Positions 25,860 through 37,637 of a DNA stretch of 64,000 nucleotides are shown one piece after another. The notes below the pieces were generated by a model that was not told the DNA's origin, did not search any database, and saw nothing but the letters and a program-made list of their open reading frames with translations. Both the position numbers and the translations under genes were made by a program. Source of the DNA: Takakia lepidozioides (lineage: Eukaryota > Plantae > Bryophyta); assembly GCA_030704615.1 (NCBI GenBank), contig CM060731.1, forward strand, positions 12,958,001-13,022,000, given 5' to 3'. Every line of letters starts with the position of its first letter. Positions within the stretch are counted from its first letter, which is position 1.

Positions 25860-28550
25860 TCGTATCTTCTTTCCCTGCCCTATCCTCACACAAACCTCCT
25901 ACTCTTTTGTTCTGCTTGGCAGATGTGGGCATGTATAGCTAGCTCCATAGTCAAAGGCAACGCCAGGCTTCTTTGCCCAGATAGCCATGGTCTTGAAGAC
26001 AACATCCTTCTCCTCCTCTGGTGCTGCATGCTGGTTCGCAGGGAAACAAGTACAAACACATTAATATAAACCACAACATTTCCAGCGATTATGTTGCATA
26101 TCTGACCCCAAACATGAGCATGTGTGAGTGAAATGGAAAGGGAAATGAATATGTGCATGAAGTACTGTAGTGTGAATTCACCTGTCGATTGATCCACCAG
26201 CGGCCATACTCTGCAACCAAGTTACATTCAGCAAAGCCCTCCGCGTCAACAAGGTGCCTGAGGGACTGTTGGAATTGAGGATTTTCCATGCTTGGGAAGG
26301 GTACATGAAGCAATCCGTAGTTAAGAAGGGTGTGAAGGCCAGGACACCGAACAGATGCAGGCTATTTTGGAACCTCCATGGATGAAGTTAGAGATTTTGA
26401 CTTGTTGGTAAAATATAAAATGGCATCCTCCCTGGAGCGAAGAAAAGGAGGATCAGGAGCCCGTGCCCCACTGACCATTTTGTTGCTTGCTAACGACTTG
26501 GATGCATGCAACTTCCCTACTTCTGAACCCCCGGCTGGAGCCCCTTTCCCAGAGTTTTCAGGAGGAAGATTACGTGATGGCAATTTTTTTCCAAGGCCTG
26601 CATGATGGGAGGAAAAACCCTTCCAAGTTTGCAAATGTAGAGCCCTCCTGCGTTTCGGCGGTTCATCAAATGTGTCATCATCAGAGTCATCTGGAAGCTG
26701 ACCTGATGTGGGATGTGTCTGATAGGAAGCGTCGTCGGCGTCTGATGACAAGTCCTGGACTACTTGACTCTGCGACCTCATGGACCTCCTTCCTGATTTC
26801 CGCTGGAGATGCTCCATTTCTTGGGACACGTCCGCCTGGGAGGCCTGGCCCTTCTTCCTATTTATGGTTCTGCGAGGTGGCATATGTCCATGGTGCCTCA
26901 GGACATCTTCCATAATACCCTTCTGGCTTGGTTAAAAAACAGGGTACATTTTGAGGACACCTTCACCTTCCCCATGCTTCATATAACCATCCATCCTATG
27001 CAAGTTCAGTTTCTTTTTATCGGCAAAAAGCAGATCACAGTGTATGCATCTGTATTGTTGTCTATTAGACGCACCAGGTTCATGGACCCTTGCCCTCGTG
27101 TAGGCCTCGCATATGAGGGACTCGTATTCATCAGTATCATATGTCTCGCGGTATTCCCTCCGGTTCTCTATCATTTTGCTCTCCTTCATCGTGAATGCGC
27201 AGTCTCCCAACAATTGCAGCCCCAGCATGCAAACCTACACAGACAACGCCTAGCATAAATCCACAGCAACGACACTTTTTTGAACCCTGAAATTGCATGC
27301 ATGGGCATTCAACCCCCTAAAACCTCCAACAATGGAGTGCATGAGCCTAAACCCTAAACCCTAAACACCAAAACAAAATGAAAGGACTTCAGATAATATG
27401 AAATATCTCCATATGGAGAGTGTTCATGGCCGCATATGTGCACGTCCCTGCAGCTCGCAACTAAACTATGGAAACAACACTTTATCCGGTCTGCTCTTTC
27501 AAATACCAAGCAAATGAAACATGCAATAAGTTGCCCTCACCTACAATTTTTGTAACACACAAAAGTAACAAGCGTCTTACCCTAAACTCCATATGAAACA
27601 AAGTGTTCACCTCAGCTTCATGTCAATGCTTGCATGAAGTGCCCATAAGTACCAGACAGCCCCACTTTTGCAGTTTCCTAAGTACTGTGTGAGAAAACGA
27701 TACATGAACGCGGGTAGTGTGCATTAAGGCTAGCACACACGTACTTCTCTAGTTCACTCATTTACCACTGCTATTGCCCTGATTAATCTGTTCCCTCCTT
27801 TTCAGTATCTGTACTTCTGGAATGTCCCACATTTCTAAACCTATGCATACAATATATGTGAAAGTACCCACAAAGAAGGAACCTGCGAAGATGATTGGGT
27901 TTCGGATGCTCGATGCAGAACTCACTCACCCGCAAGGTAAATCCTGGGAGAAGAGCACAATGACAATCCGGATAACACAGAAGAGCAAGATTGAGGTTGT
28001 GGAGCGATAATAAGGACCTACACGCAATTCAGATTTGGAGCGGAAGCGGTGCAACCATTGAAGACGGCCACAACATCCTGCTTCGTATGCCGATTCTCCA
28101 TTCCTATCCACAAACTCGATCTGCATGACAGGACGCGGTACGCCAGTGCCATCAAGCGCAACGATAGCGACATTTCGCGATGCCTGCCAACAACGCAACG
28201 TCTTGTCTCATCTGGTACGTCTATTCCACCTACCCTCATCATTTTACATGCAATGCCATACCATGTATGCAATGGACGCAAGCATGTGGCATGGGGAGGA
28301 TGAAGGCATGCAGGGGGGATGGGGGACGATGCCATGCATGAGGTGAGGATGGGAGGCGGGATGGGAGGCGGGATGGGGATGGGTGAGAGGATATGTGACA
28401 TGTCCTGGTAGAGGGTACATGAGGCGCGGGAGGGGCTGCCACGCGGTACGCGGGCGACGGACGCGGGGGTGGGCGGGAGGCGGCGGGGGGTCCACGCAGG
28501 CTGAACCGGCTCCCTTGCATTGAACTCCAAGGCCCCATCTATTACTTGGC
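25860..28550 (-). mobile_element. Mutator-like element arm (terminal variant 1) carrying a degraded multi-exon gene with a C2H2-like finger and a low-complexity tail
   Basis: Terminus ...ggccccatctattacttggc at 28550; ORFs 26932-27228 (CIHCDLLFADKKKLNLH) and 26362-26913. Left boundary inferred from the end of PPR similarity. Confidence 0.75.
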
Positions 28551-29129
28551 GTAAAGTTTCAAAGTCCCGCTTGAACTTATTTGGTTGACAACTGTATGTG
28601 GCCAAGTAATAGATAAGGCCCAGGAGTTGAATGCGAGGGGCCCGGTTCAGCCAGCGTGGACCCCCCACCACCCCACGCCCACCCCCGCCTCCATCGCGGG
28701 CATACCGCGCGGCACGCCCTCCCGTGCTCATGTTCCCGCTGCCAGGACATGAGACGTGCCCTCTCCCGCATTCCCATCCCTCCTCCCATCCTGCCCTCAT
28801 GCATGGCATCGCCCTCCATCCCCCTGCATGCCTTCATCCTCCCCATGCTACATGGTATCCCAAGCATACATCATGCCCTCTTTCAAAAATCATTCTGACA
28901 TCTATTCAAATTTCAAATGGCAAATCTGAAGAAAGAATGGACGTTGGGATATATGCCACGTCGTCACATACACTGCCACCCCAATCCAGGGTTTTGCTAC
29001 CCTCATCGTGCATTTCCTTCTATCCATGCCTTCCAAACGCGTCCCCACCCTGGCACTCTGCATTCACCTTCCATATTGAATTGTGTTTGTATGTTGTCCA
29101 TATGTTGCATACCATTGTAAGTTGCAATC

Positions 29130-32100
29130 GTGTGGATGTCTGGCCCACCTGAAGAAGTTTGTCCTTGCATAACAATTTGTTGTCTGATGCATGAATTTCC
29201 ATTGCAGTGCACTGCCATTACATCCTATCATGAGTACAAGTCTGTCCTCTCAAGCTTTGAATTCAAAGAAATAGCAAGACAAGCTGAGTTGGAGTCCATC
29301 AGAAACCAGTATGTTCAAGAGCAGTTGGCTGCCTGGGATGCCAATTGGCATCGTGAAAATGAAGCGCATCAGTGGGGTTGGTCCCCTCTTTACACCATTG
29401 TTCATAAGGGAAATGTGCCTGCTACCCTACCCACTTTCTTCAAACACTCGGATGACGAATCGAAGCTCCTACGAGAAGTCTTTACATCGTACCGCAAGGC
29501 AGGGCCCCCTATGAAATGCCCGCTGATTTTGCAGGTGTTGAGGACTATCTGGATGTCATATGCCAGTAGCACTTATGTAGTTTCTTCATCGACAAACACA
29601 CTGTTGCATGATGTCATGGTTCAACTTGTTGGAACGCCAGAGGGCAATTCCATGCTCAAGCATGCGTCAGCTAATTTCCTGTTGGTTGGTCCCTGCCTGT
29701 TTGCATACCTGCCAGTTAATCTGATGCATGAGACGAACAAATGCGTGGAGGACTTGTTGCATTTCGACCCGAGCCGGGCAGATGGTGTGAACAAGGATAT
29801 GCAAGAATTCATAGACATGACTTGATGGAGAGCTTTGGGGGATTTTGCCATTTGCAGTCCAAAGGGTTTTGACACGTTGTGGTGTATTGACACAAGCACC
29901 CTTTCTGAGAGACATGAAGCAATCGGGAACTTCCAGAACACCCTGAAACACTGTGAAGACATTGACATGGGCTGGATTTTCAGCGCGGAAGGTGATATTG
30001 TTCCCATCTTTGCCTGAATGCATTTGCCTTGCATCATCATGCCGTGCATTGTTTACATAGAGCCATTATACTCATTGTTTGTTTTGTTCATTTTGTAGGT
30101 GATGTGGACCATGGGAATGAATCATTGCAGGCTGCGTACATGGCTGCAATTGCTGATGTGCAGTGGGTGGGGGATATTAGACGCAACCTCAATCATTCCC
30201 GAATGAAAGGTTTTGACTTCTAGTATGGTGAAGTCACAACACCCCCTCAGGCTTTGCCTTCTCATGAAGTAGATTGTGGTGTCGTGCAGCGTGCTCACAA
30301 TCAGCCCCTTCCACTCACGCCTACTTCTCCGATGTTCGGGTCACCAACAGAGCTGTTGCAAGACGCTGAGCCCACACCTGGAGTGGAAGGGAAGCTTGCA
30401 CATGAACGCATTGGGGCCGATGATGCAGCGAAGCCCGACCATGTACATGACGGTCGTCTGTGTAACCATGACACCGCTGCCACAGACCTTACCCTCCTTG
30501 GCATTAATGCCATTGAACCAGGTGCTCTTACTCAAATGGAAATTGAATTGCATTCAAGCGAGGTTGTGACTGAACAGGTGCACTTGCCTGCAGTGCATGC
30601 GCCCAACAACGCTACACATGCATGTTTTCTCAACCCCGCCCCCTTGGGCATTAGGGATCCTTCTGACAAACGCTTCATTGTGACTGTTATGGTGCCTGCA
30701 GTAACACGAATGGTGTCGTCCAGACCTCCTGTATAGCATGCGAACCCTTTGCTCGGTTTTGGAGGAAGGAACACCCTCGGAACTCCTTCACCCAGAGCTC
30801 TGCCTTGGTCAACATTGACAGGTGTCCGTGGCAGTGAGGTGGGCACTATGGGAGCATCAACGAGTGCGTGTGCGGATATTGTTTCATGGCGCACAGTCCA
30901 CAGAAGAGAAGAGAAGATGGAGTCGGAGCCTCCTCATTTACACACATCCCCATTAGTACTGAATGCCCTCTTTTTGCATCTGACAATTGTACATATCCTA
31001 CCTCTGCTTGGGCAACCCCTTTGCCGGCATACTTTTTTCTGACATGAACGTGTTGTATGTCATTGCAGGCTTCACAAAGGGCTGAAAAAAGCGCTGTGAG
31101 TCAACAATCGTCTTATTTTCGTTGAATTCAAATGGTAATCTTTTGCATTATGCACTTTACTTGCCACTGTGCATGCGTTTGACATGTATCGTGATGGTGT
31201 ATGTCTCCAGGATATCAGCTGGTGCAGAAGTAAAACAAACATCAAACGTCTGGTTTTTCCAGAACTGTGTAGGCCCCAATATCGCCCTTAGACTAGACGA
31301 TGCAGATCTCCTGATTAACCCCAAGGGGTGGACAAGTGACAGAGTCATGGATTTCTATTTGCGAATGAAATTACTGTCCCTTCCCGTCCATGTAAGAAAT
31401 AAGATACGTCTTCTTGACAGTTTTACCTTGATATGCCTTCGTGACCACTACAAGGAATCCGGTGCGGGCGCTCATTCTATTCTACAGTGGATGCAAGAAC
31501 GCTTTCCTTACCTTCAGTGTGATGGGGTGGAGGCCATGATTATTCCTGTTATATATGCGTACGTACTCTGCTGCATGCTACCCTATATCACACATCGGTG
31601 TTGTATTCTCAGTGTTATGAGTGTATTCATGTTCTAATGCCGCTGTTTGCAATTGTCATGTGCAGATCGCACTGGAGTGCCGTCATTTTGGAAGGGAAGC
31701 GGTACCTCCATTTAAATAGTGTCAAAAGGTCACATATTCACAGTATGCTGAAGCCTTTGTTTGCATGTTTCTGGGCACTTTCCAGAGGATTTCTACCCCC
31801 GAGCCTCCAATGGAAGAACGCCACTGCCCCCCGCCTGTGGTTGTATCCCCCTGTCCCCCAACACGTCTCTACTTGGGAGTGTGGTTGCTTTACGGCACAT
31901 TACATAGATGTTTACTTGAATCAAACATTTGTACAACCACGAGCAGGAGGTGCTGGGCCGGTACGTTTCTCACTTTTCATCTACATTTGTTCTCTTTCCT
32001 ACTGGCTTGCACTTAATCACATGCTCATTACTTTTGAGTAAATGGTACCCTTGTCCACTGGGTTTGTTTCTGCAGCTGAACAAACATTGGTTTCCGGTGA

Positions 32101-32174
32101 TTGAGGCTGTCATGAAGAAGAGGGAAATATGCCATACTGTTTCAGTTGAAGTGCAGAGCGCCTGCCATGGCTAA
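29130..32174 (+). pseudogene. Multi-exon cargo gene ending in a Ulp1/C48 SUMO-protease-like domain; in-frame stops in the 5' part
   Basis: GWTSDRVMDFYL; IRLLDSF; MIIPVIY|SHWSAVIL; YLHLNS; VPQHVSTWECGCFTAHYI; plausible GT-AG introns. Confidence 0.75.
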
Positions 32175-32904
32175 CCATACTATGTCGTGAAAGATGAGCC
32201 TGTCCCGGATGTATTCCATGGCTATGCCACAAGACCCGCATGCTGGCGAATGCACACAAGAAAGACCACAGTGGAGGGGAGAGGACTTCCATGCAGGGAC
32301 ATGAGACTGTAGCATGATCCCGTTCATGTCAAGGGTGTTGGTGGCCGCCTTCTCTGCCCCTTTAGGAAGTTGTCTACAACATTTGTGAGCATTATGATGT
32401 ACACTCTATTTTTTCACTCTACAAAGTAAAATTTTATGAATGAGCCAATCAATGTATGTAGGTTGGCACATGGCAGTCTGCACACAGAACAGAGGAGGCC
32501 AAATCTGTTGTAACTCATGAAAATCTTGCTTTGATGTGTTCCTTCATTATAATGTAAGTACATACTCATAATCTTCCTAGGTCCAGTGAAAAGAAGTGGG
32601 TATGTAACATGGAATAGTACTGCCCCTAAATGGGGTCACATTGATGGTGTCACCCATAAGCCTAGGGTCCTTGCCTTACCCATCCTGCCAAGGAACTATC
32701 TCCGATCGCTGCCAGAGATCGAGGCTCACTTTCATATATCGGGTCCATGAATGTTGTGGATCCTATTGAGCTGGAGCCTCGGTTATCTTTGACATCGGGG
32801 CCTTACCCTGGAATGGTGAATGCCCTTACACAGTGGTGGATGCCCTTACCCTATAGAGTGCCCACAACAATTCTTCACTTCATGCAGTGCATCCACAGTT
32901 TTCT

Positions 32905-33260
32905 TCTCACAGGATGAATGGGATGAATGGTGACGGCGAAATATGGATGAAACATGGATAAGGTTGGAATGGATGGGATGGATGGGATGAATGCTGACGT
33001 CGAATATGGATGATAACATGGATAGGATGATATGAATGTGCTAAATTGGATGAATGGTGACGGCACAATATGGATGAAATATGGATAGGGTTGAGATGGA
33101 TGGGATGAATGGGGTGAATGGTGATGTCGAATACGGATGATAACATGGATAGGGATGAATGGGATGAATGGTGACGACGAAATATCGGATGATAACATGC
33201 ATAGGATTCCTATGCATTTCCAGAATGGGATGAATGGTGATGGCCTGCATATGGGGTGAT
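32905..33260. repeat. Degenerate minisatellite, ~55-65-bp unit, ~6 copies
   Basis: Recurrent gatgaatggtgacg(g/a)cgaaatat(g/c)gatga(t)aacatggatagg. Confidence 0.85.
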
Positions 33261-33949
33261 AATATGCATAGGCTTGATATGGATGAAAGGTTTTAGGGTT
33301 CCTCTTCTCATGTACGTTGCATTGTATGCATGTCCCTGTTTCCATGGCTGAAATGCGTGTGAGCAGCCGTCTATCAGCCAGCCTTCGAGGTGGTCACTCT
33401 ACCACTACGTAGGATGCATATGGAACAATGTAATGTACATGGTTTCAGGATGGTTGAGGCAAATTATGTCTTGTATCCCGGCTATTTTTGCAATGTGGTT
33501 GCATGTGCCAAAGTCTGCAAGGCAATATCCATTGTTGAGGCTTATGACGAGCATGGAATGAATGAATGAATGAATGAAATGAATGCAACACCCTCTGGGA
33601 AGAACACATTAGACATGCCATGACATGCAAAATTAACACCAAACACAGTCCAAAATCCATGCAATTTCATATCAACACGCCTTCATGATTCAACACTAAC
33701 CACTCCATACATGTATGGTAATTGTAGCCTGCATATCCACACAATTTCGGAAGACAAAGTCACAGTATTGAGAACGAAACAAATACATGAAGCATGGCAC
33801 GTCATGAGAACATTAGGATTGCAAATGTTGGGACCAATGTCATTGTGCATGGTCAAATAACTCCAGGGCCCCATCTATTACTTGGCATAACAAACAGGGT
33901 ATTGCACACTAGGAGCATGATGAACTCCCCCCCCCCACCTCCATGTGCA

Positions 33950-35829
33950 TCAAGATGGGTACAATTGTCTCTTTGCTGCATTCTGCCATTCAGGTAGGTT
34001 TGCGACATGACGCTTTCTACCGCGCGCCTCCATAAAATCTTTCCATCTCACAAGGGAGTTGGTTGCTCCATCATCAACCTCAGTGAAAGTGGGGTCTTCT
34101 TGGGGATGACGAATACCCTCGTCCATGCTGCACGTCAAGTCACAAATTTTCCTTTTGGTTGCTCTAACCATAGCAAGGAGATGTTGATGCAAGACCCTAT
34201 TATATCTTGTCATGTCTAGAACCCGAGCTCGAACTCATTGGATATTAATGACAGTAATTCCAGTCCTGGACTTTTCTGGGCGGAATTTGGTGATGCGTTT
34301 TGGGTAGGACGCATGGGTGCTTTGGAAGGCATGTCAGCTGGTGATTGAGGTGGTGCAAACAAGCTATGAAGGCCACCTCTACTGCTCCCGGTGCCACACC
34401 TAAATATCTGTTGGGTTGCTTGAGAAATTGGCACAATGATGACAAGGCAGTAACTATGCATACAGAGGTCACATGCAGCATCTTCCTCTATCACCAGCTC
34501 GGCTTGTCACTTCCCGTGCAATGTACCCAGCTCTTCTTAGAGTTTCAAACAAGATGGAGCATGGCTCCACAGGGCCCTACTTCCAAGCGTAAAAAGACAG
34601 ATCCCACCTTCTTCTCATTGGTTCCGAAGGTGGCGTCGCATGCGACAATTTGGTGATGGCCAAATTTCAACATTTGATCTTGCTGCCACACTGTCTGTAT
34701 GCCAAGAACGAATGGAAGATCAAGTTTGATGTCACTAGATGTCCAAGCCTTGTGGTTCTTTTCTTCTTGGTAGTAGAAAACACTAGCCATATTTTCATGC
34801 ACCCACATGCGGACACTCTGTGCATCATTTGGGTGTTTTTTGAATGTCTCTTCATCGCATAGCTTCGCAATATTCCGTATGTCATGGGAGAGGAGAAAAA
34901 TGTCACGGCTGACGTCCAGCCCTTGCTCCATCAACTCCTTCACTCGCATGGTGTGCTTGGCCATTATCTTGTTTATGCTCAGCCCAAGACGCAAATTGTG
35001 CAAAATCCATGATTTCATGTCATCGCTAAGATGGGGAGCCATTGCACATCGGTTCAAGTGACATGAAGGTCCGTGGCATATCTGACCTCTTCCATTTACA
35101 TGTTGTTTCTCATAATAAAAGTATCTCTGCCATAGCAGGGTCCAGGTAGCATTGCTTGACAGCAAATCGGCACATGCATCCTCTTTTGATGCCTTCTTCT
35201 GTTTTGTTGTTTGTAGTCCTTTTTGTTTAGTTTTTTTCCTGTGGATGCTGGCCCCACTATAGACTTTCTCCCCCTTTTCTTTGGTGGACCTGCACACCAT
35301 TTCTTTGCACGCATAGCCTCTGTTACCTCCACAGTGTTCAGGGTATTGTCTTGTGGGCCATAGGCGCAGTGATACCTACGCCAAAAACATGAGTGGCCTT
35401 TTAGAACCGCTCTTATGAAAGCATAAGTGCATGGCTAGTGGGATTGTACAAAACTTGTGTAGTGGCAGCATTCATTTCATTTTTCATGAATCATGGCATG
35501 CTCAAGTTGAATTCATACCTTGTAATGTTCATGGCACTATTGATGTGTGGTGCCGGGAGAATCCCAGCAGAGGTGCCTTTCTGTCGATGAGTGCGGAACG
35601 TGCATGGGGCTTCCTTCTGGGAGGACTCACCAGCAATGAAGTCCGCCACCCGATTCCAAGGGATATATGCAATTTCAATTGTGTCCTCATCAGGTATCTG
35701 TCCGTGCAATTGGGACCTCCATTGCAAGTCATGGTGTGTGAAAGTACCTGTCTTTGGTGTCTGTAGCTGACTTTGCAGATTAGAAAGAAGGTGGGGCAAA
35801 ATCTTGCCATGTTCAACCTCTTCAGCCAT
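33950..35829 (-). pseudogene. MULE-related transposase (plant SWIM-finger family type), frameshifted and internally deleted after the first catalytic Asp
   Basis: IAYIPWNRVADFIAGES; RYHCAYGPQD; KRGCMCRFAVK..HVNGRGQICHGP; FVLGIQTVWQQDQMLKFGH..IVACDATFGTN; intron 35518-35376. Confidence 0.8.
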
Positions 35830-35984
35830 GCTTACAGAAATAAGACGCTTCTGAGTTTGCTGATGTCTTCTTTCGCTGCCGTATCCTCACACGCGTCTTT
35901 TTGCATTCATATTCTGGGCATGTATAATGGAATGCTGTCAATTCATGTGGGCAAACTAGAAATGCATGGAGAGAACTGCTCTAC

Positions 35985-36411
35985 TAGGAAATGCACGACG
36001 AGGGTAGCAAAACCCTCCATTGGGGTGGCAGTGTATGTGACGACGTGGCATATATCCCAATGTCCATTCTCTTTCTTAGATTTGCCATTTCAAAATTTGA
36101 AAAGATGTCAGAACGAATTTGAATTGAGGGCATGATGTATGTTTGGGGATACCATGTATGCAATGGACGCAAGCATGTGGCATGGGGAGGATGAAGGCAT
36201 GCAGGGGGGATGGGGGACGATGCCATGCATGAGGTGAAGATGGGAGGCGGGATGGGGATGAGAGGACATGTGTCATGTCCTGGTAGAGGGTACATGAGGC
36301 GCGGGAGGGGCTGCCGCGCGGTGCGCGGGGTGGGCGGGGGGTGGCGGGGGGTCCACGCTGGCTGAACCGGCTCCCTCGCATTGAACTCCAGGGCCCCATC
36401 TATTACTTGGC
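35985..36411. repeat. Long (~420 bp) GC-rich terminal inverted repeat; inverted relative to 28601-29017, with outer part most similar to ~28260-28550
   Basis: Direct sequence comparison; ends ...atctattacttggc, followed by aaactttac. Confidence 0.88.
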
Positions 36412-37126
36412 AAACTTTACACAGTCCAGAATCCGAAACATGAACCTAGACTTGGGCAGTCTGAAAGTGCACGTCAGATTTGCCCAATTCTCCCTATTCC
36501 TGGCAGACATGCACAGGTTTCCAGGCAGTATAAATTCGGACAGCACCATTTCAGAGCCTGGACAGAGCCGGGACCGGAGGAGCAATAACTTCAAAGGTAG
36601 AAATGTTTTTGAAATGTTTTTAGTCCGATTTTGGAGCTGCCTGGAAGGGCTTCATTTCGACACCCCCAATTTATCACTACATCAGAACTTGCGGGCAGGA
36701 GAAATCTGGGAAGGTCAGATATTAGGTCAGGCATCTAATTACAATGAACAAAGTCTTATCCTGTCTAGATCCAGCTGACCAGTACAATGGTTTTTTTGCG
36801 CGCTCTACGACCCGGGTTCAGACATGAAATCTGCGGTTGATCCCAATGCTTTTATTTTGAGTGGTCGGAGGTAGAGTGAATTTCAAACCCTTGGCTTTAC
36901 AGTCAATGAACATCCAATTTTCTGGGAGAGAGAGAACTATTTAGTGAGCCAGGATCTTGGCGATAGTGTTGAAACGGGTTCAGGCGTTAAACAATCTAAG
37001 TATGAGATCGAGATTGACATGTAAAAGCACCCCCCTTACTTAGATCACTGGTCTATACCCATCTGAAGGTAGTTCATGTACACATTCGTGTAGCTAATGT
37101 TATATCTCAGTACAAATGGAGGGGTA

Positions 37127-37637
37127 AGGTAGAAACACACAAATATGAGCAGGTCTCAAAATGGACCCCTATTTTTGGGGTGTAAAGTGGTCCCCCCTGC
37201 CCTTAAATGGCGACCTGATTTAGGTTCCTTCATGGGCATTGTGGGCCCCATGGTGCTTTGTTAGATGAACAAAAACGTACTGAATACTGTGACCAGCGTG
37301 TTTGCCAAATGGAGAGCTTTTACAGGATGCCTTTTACTCTTGTGGGCCGAGCTGTTGAGTGAGTTATTGGGCCATTTCAAGTGCATATCAGGTCAAATGT
37401 AGGCTTCATATTAGATAATATTTCAGCGAGTTATGGTACCCTCTATAGCTAGGCATAGCATTTTTGTGCCCTGCCACTTTGACAATATATATCAATTAGC
37501 CACTTCGTCCAAAATTCATGCAATTCAAACCACAAGCTGTTTGTTCAATTGCTCATCCAGTCATATAATTTTTCCCCTTACTGCACCAATTGTACGGGCA
37601 TATCTGCTGAAGCGCTCACATTTGGGTGTAACTACCT
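37127..37637. mobile_element. 511-bp MITE with ~24-bp imperfect TIRs and TA TSD, inserted in the last codons of P450 copy 2
   Basis: gggg ta|aggtagaaacacacaaatatgagc ... gctcacatttgggtgtaactacct|ta gacgagg; the paralog has the uninterrupted site ggggcagacgagg. Confidence 0.9.

Larger units (their letters stand above)
28601..33886 (+). mobile_element. Mutator-like element bounded by inverted GCCAAGTAATAGAT termini, carrying a Ulp1-like gene and an internal minisatellite
   Basis: gccaagtaatagataaggcc at 28601 and ggccccatctattacttggc ending at 33886; no matching TSD between these two ends. Confidence 0.65.

Noticed and set aside
27346-27366. (CCCTAAA)n telomere-like repeats (also ~15034)
   Set aside because: Only 2-3 units inside transposon intron-like DNA; a common interstitial motif. 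No telomerase-RNA features.
28240-28860. Large apparent hairpin centred near 28575
   Set aside because: Explained by two transposon termini lying back to back 50 bp apart; not an independent RNA gene.
28018-29152. Long overlapping Pro/Gly/Arg-rich ORFs on both strands (also 15650-16147 and 35984-36399)
   Set aside because: They are stop-poor readings of GC-rich TIRs, not genes.
32905-33260. Repeat array considered as CRISPR-like
   Set aside because: Units are degenerate tandem copies without unique spacers; eukaryotic context and no cas genes.
37127-37637. MITE acting as a perfectly spliced introner
   Set aside because: A donor-like GT exists, but there is no AG acceptor at the distal end to restore the frame.
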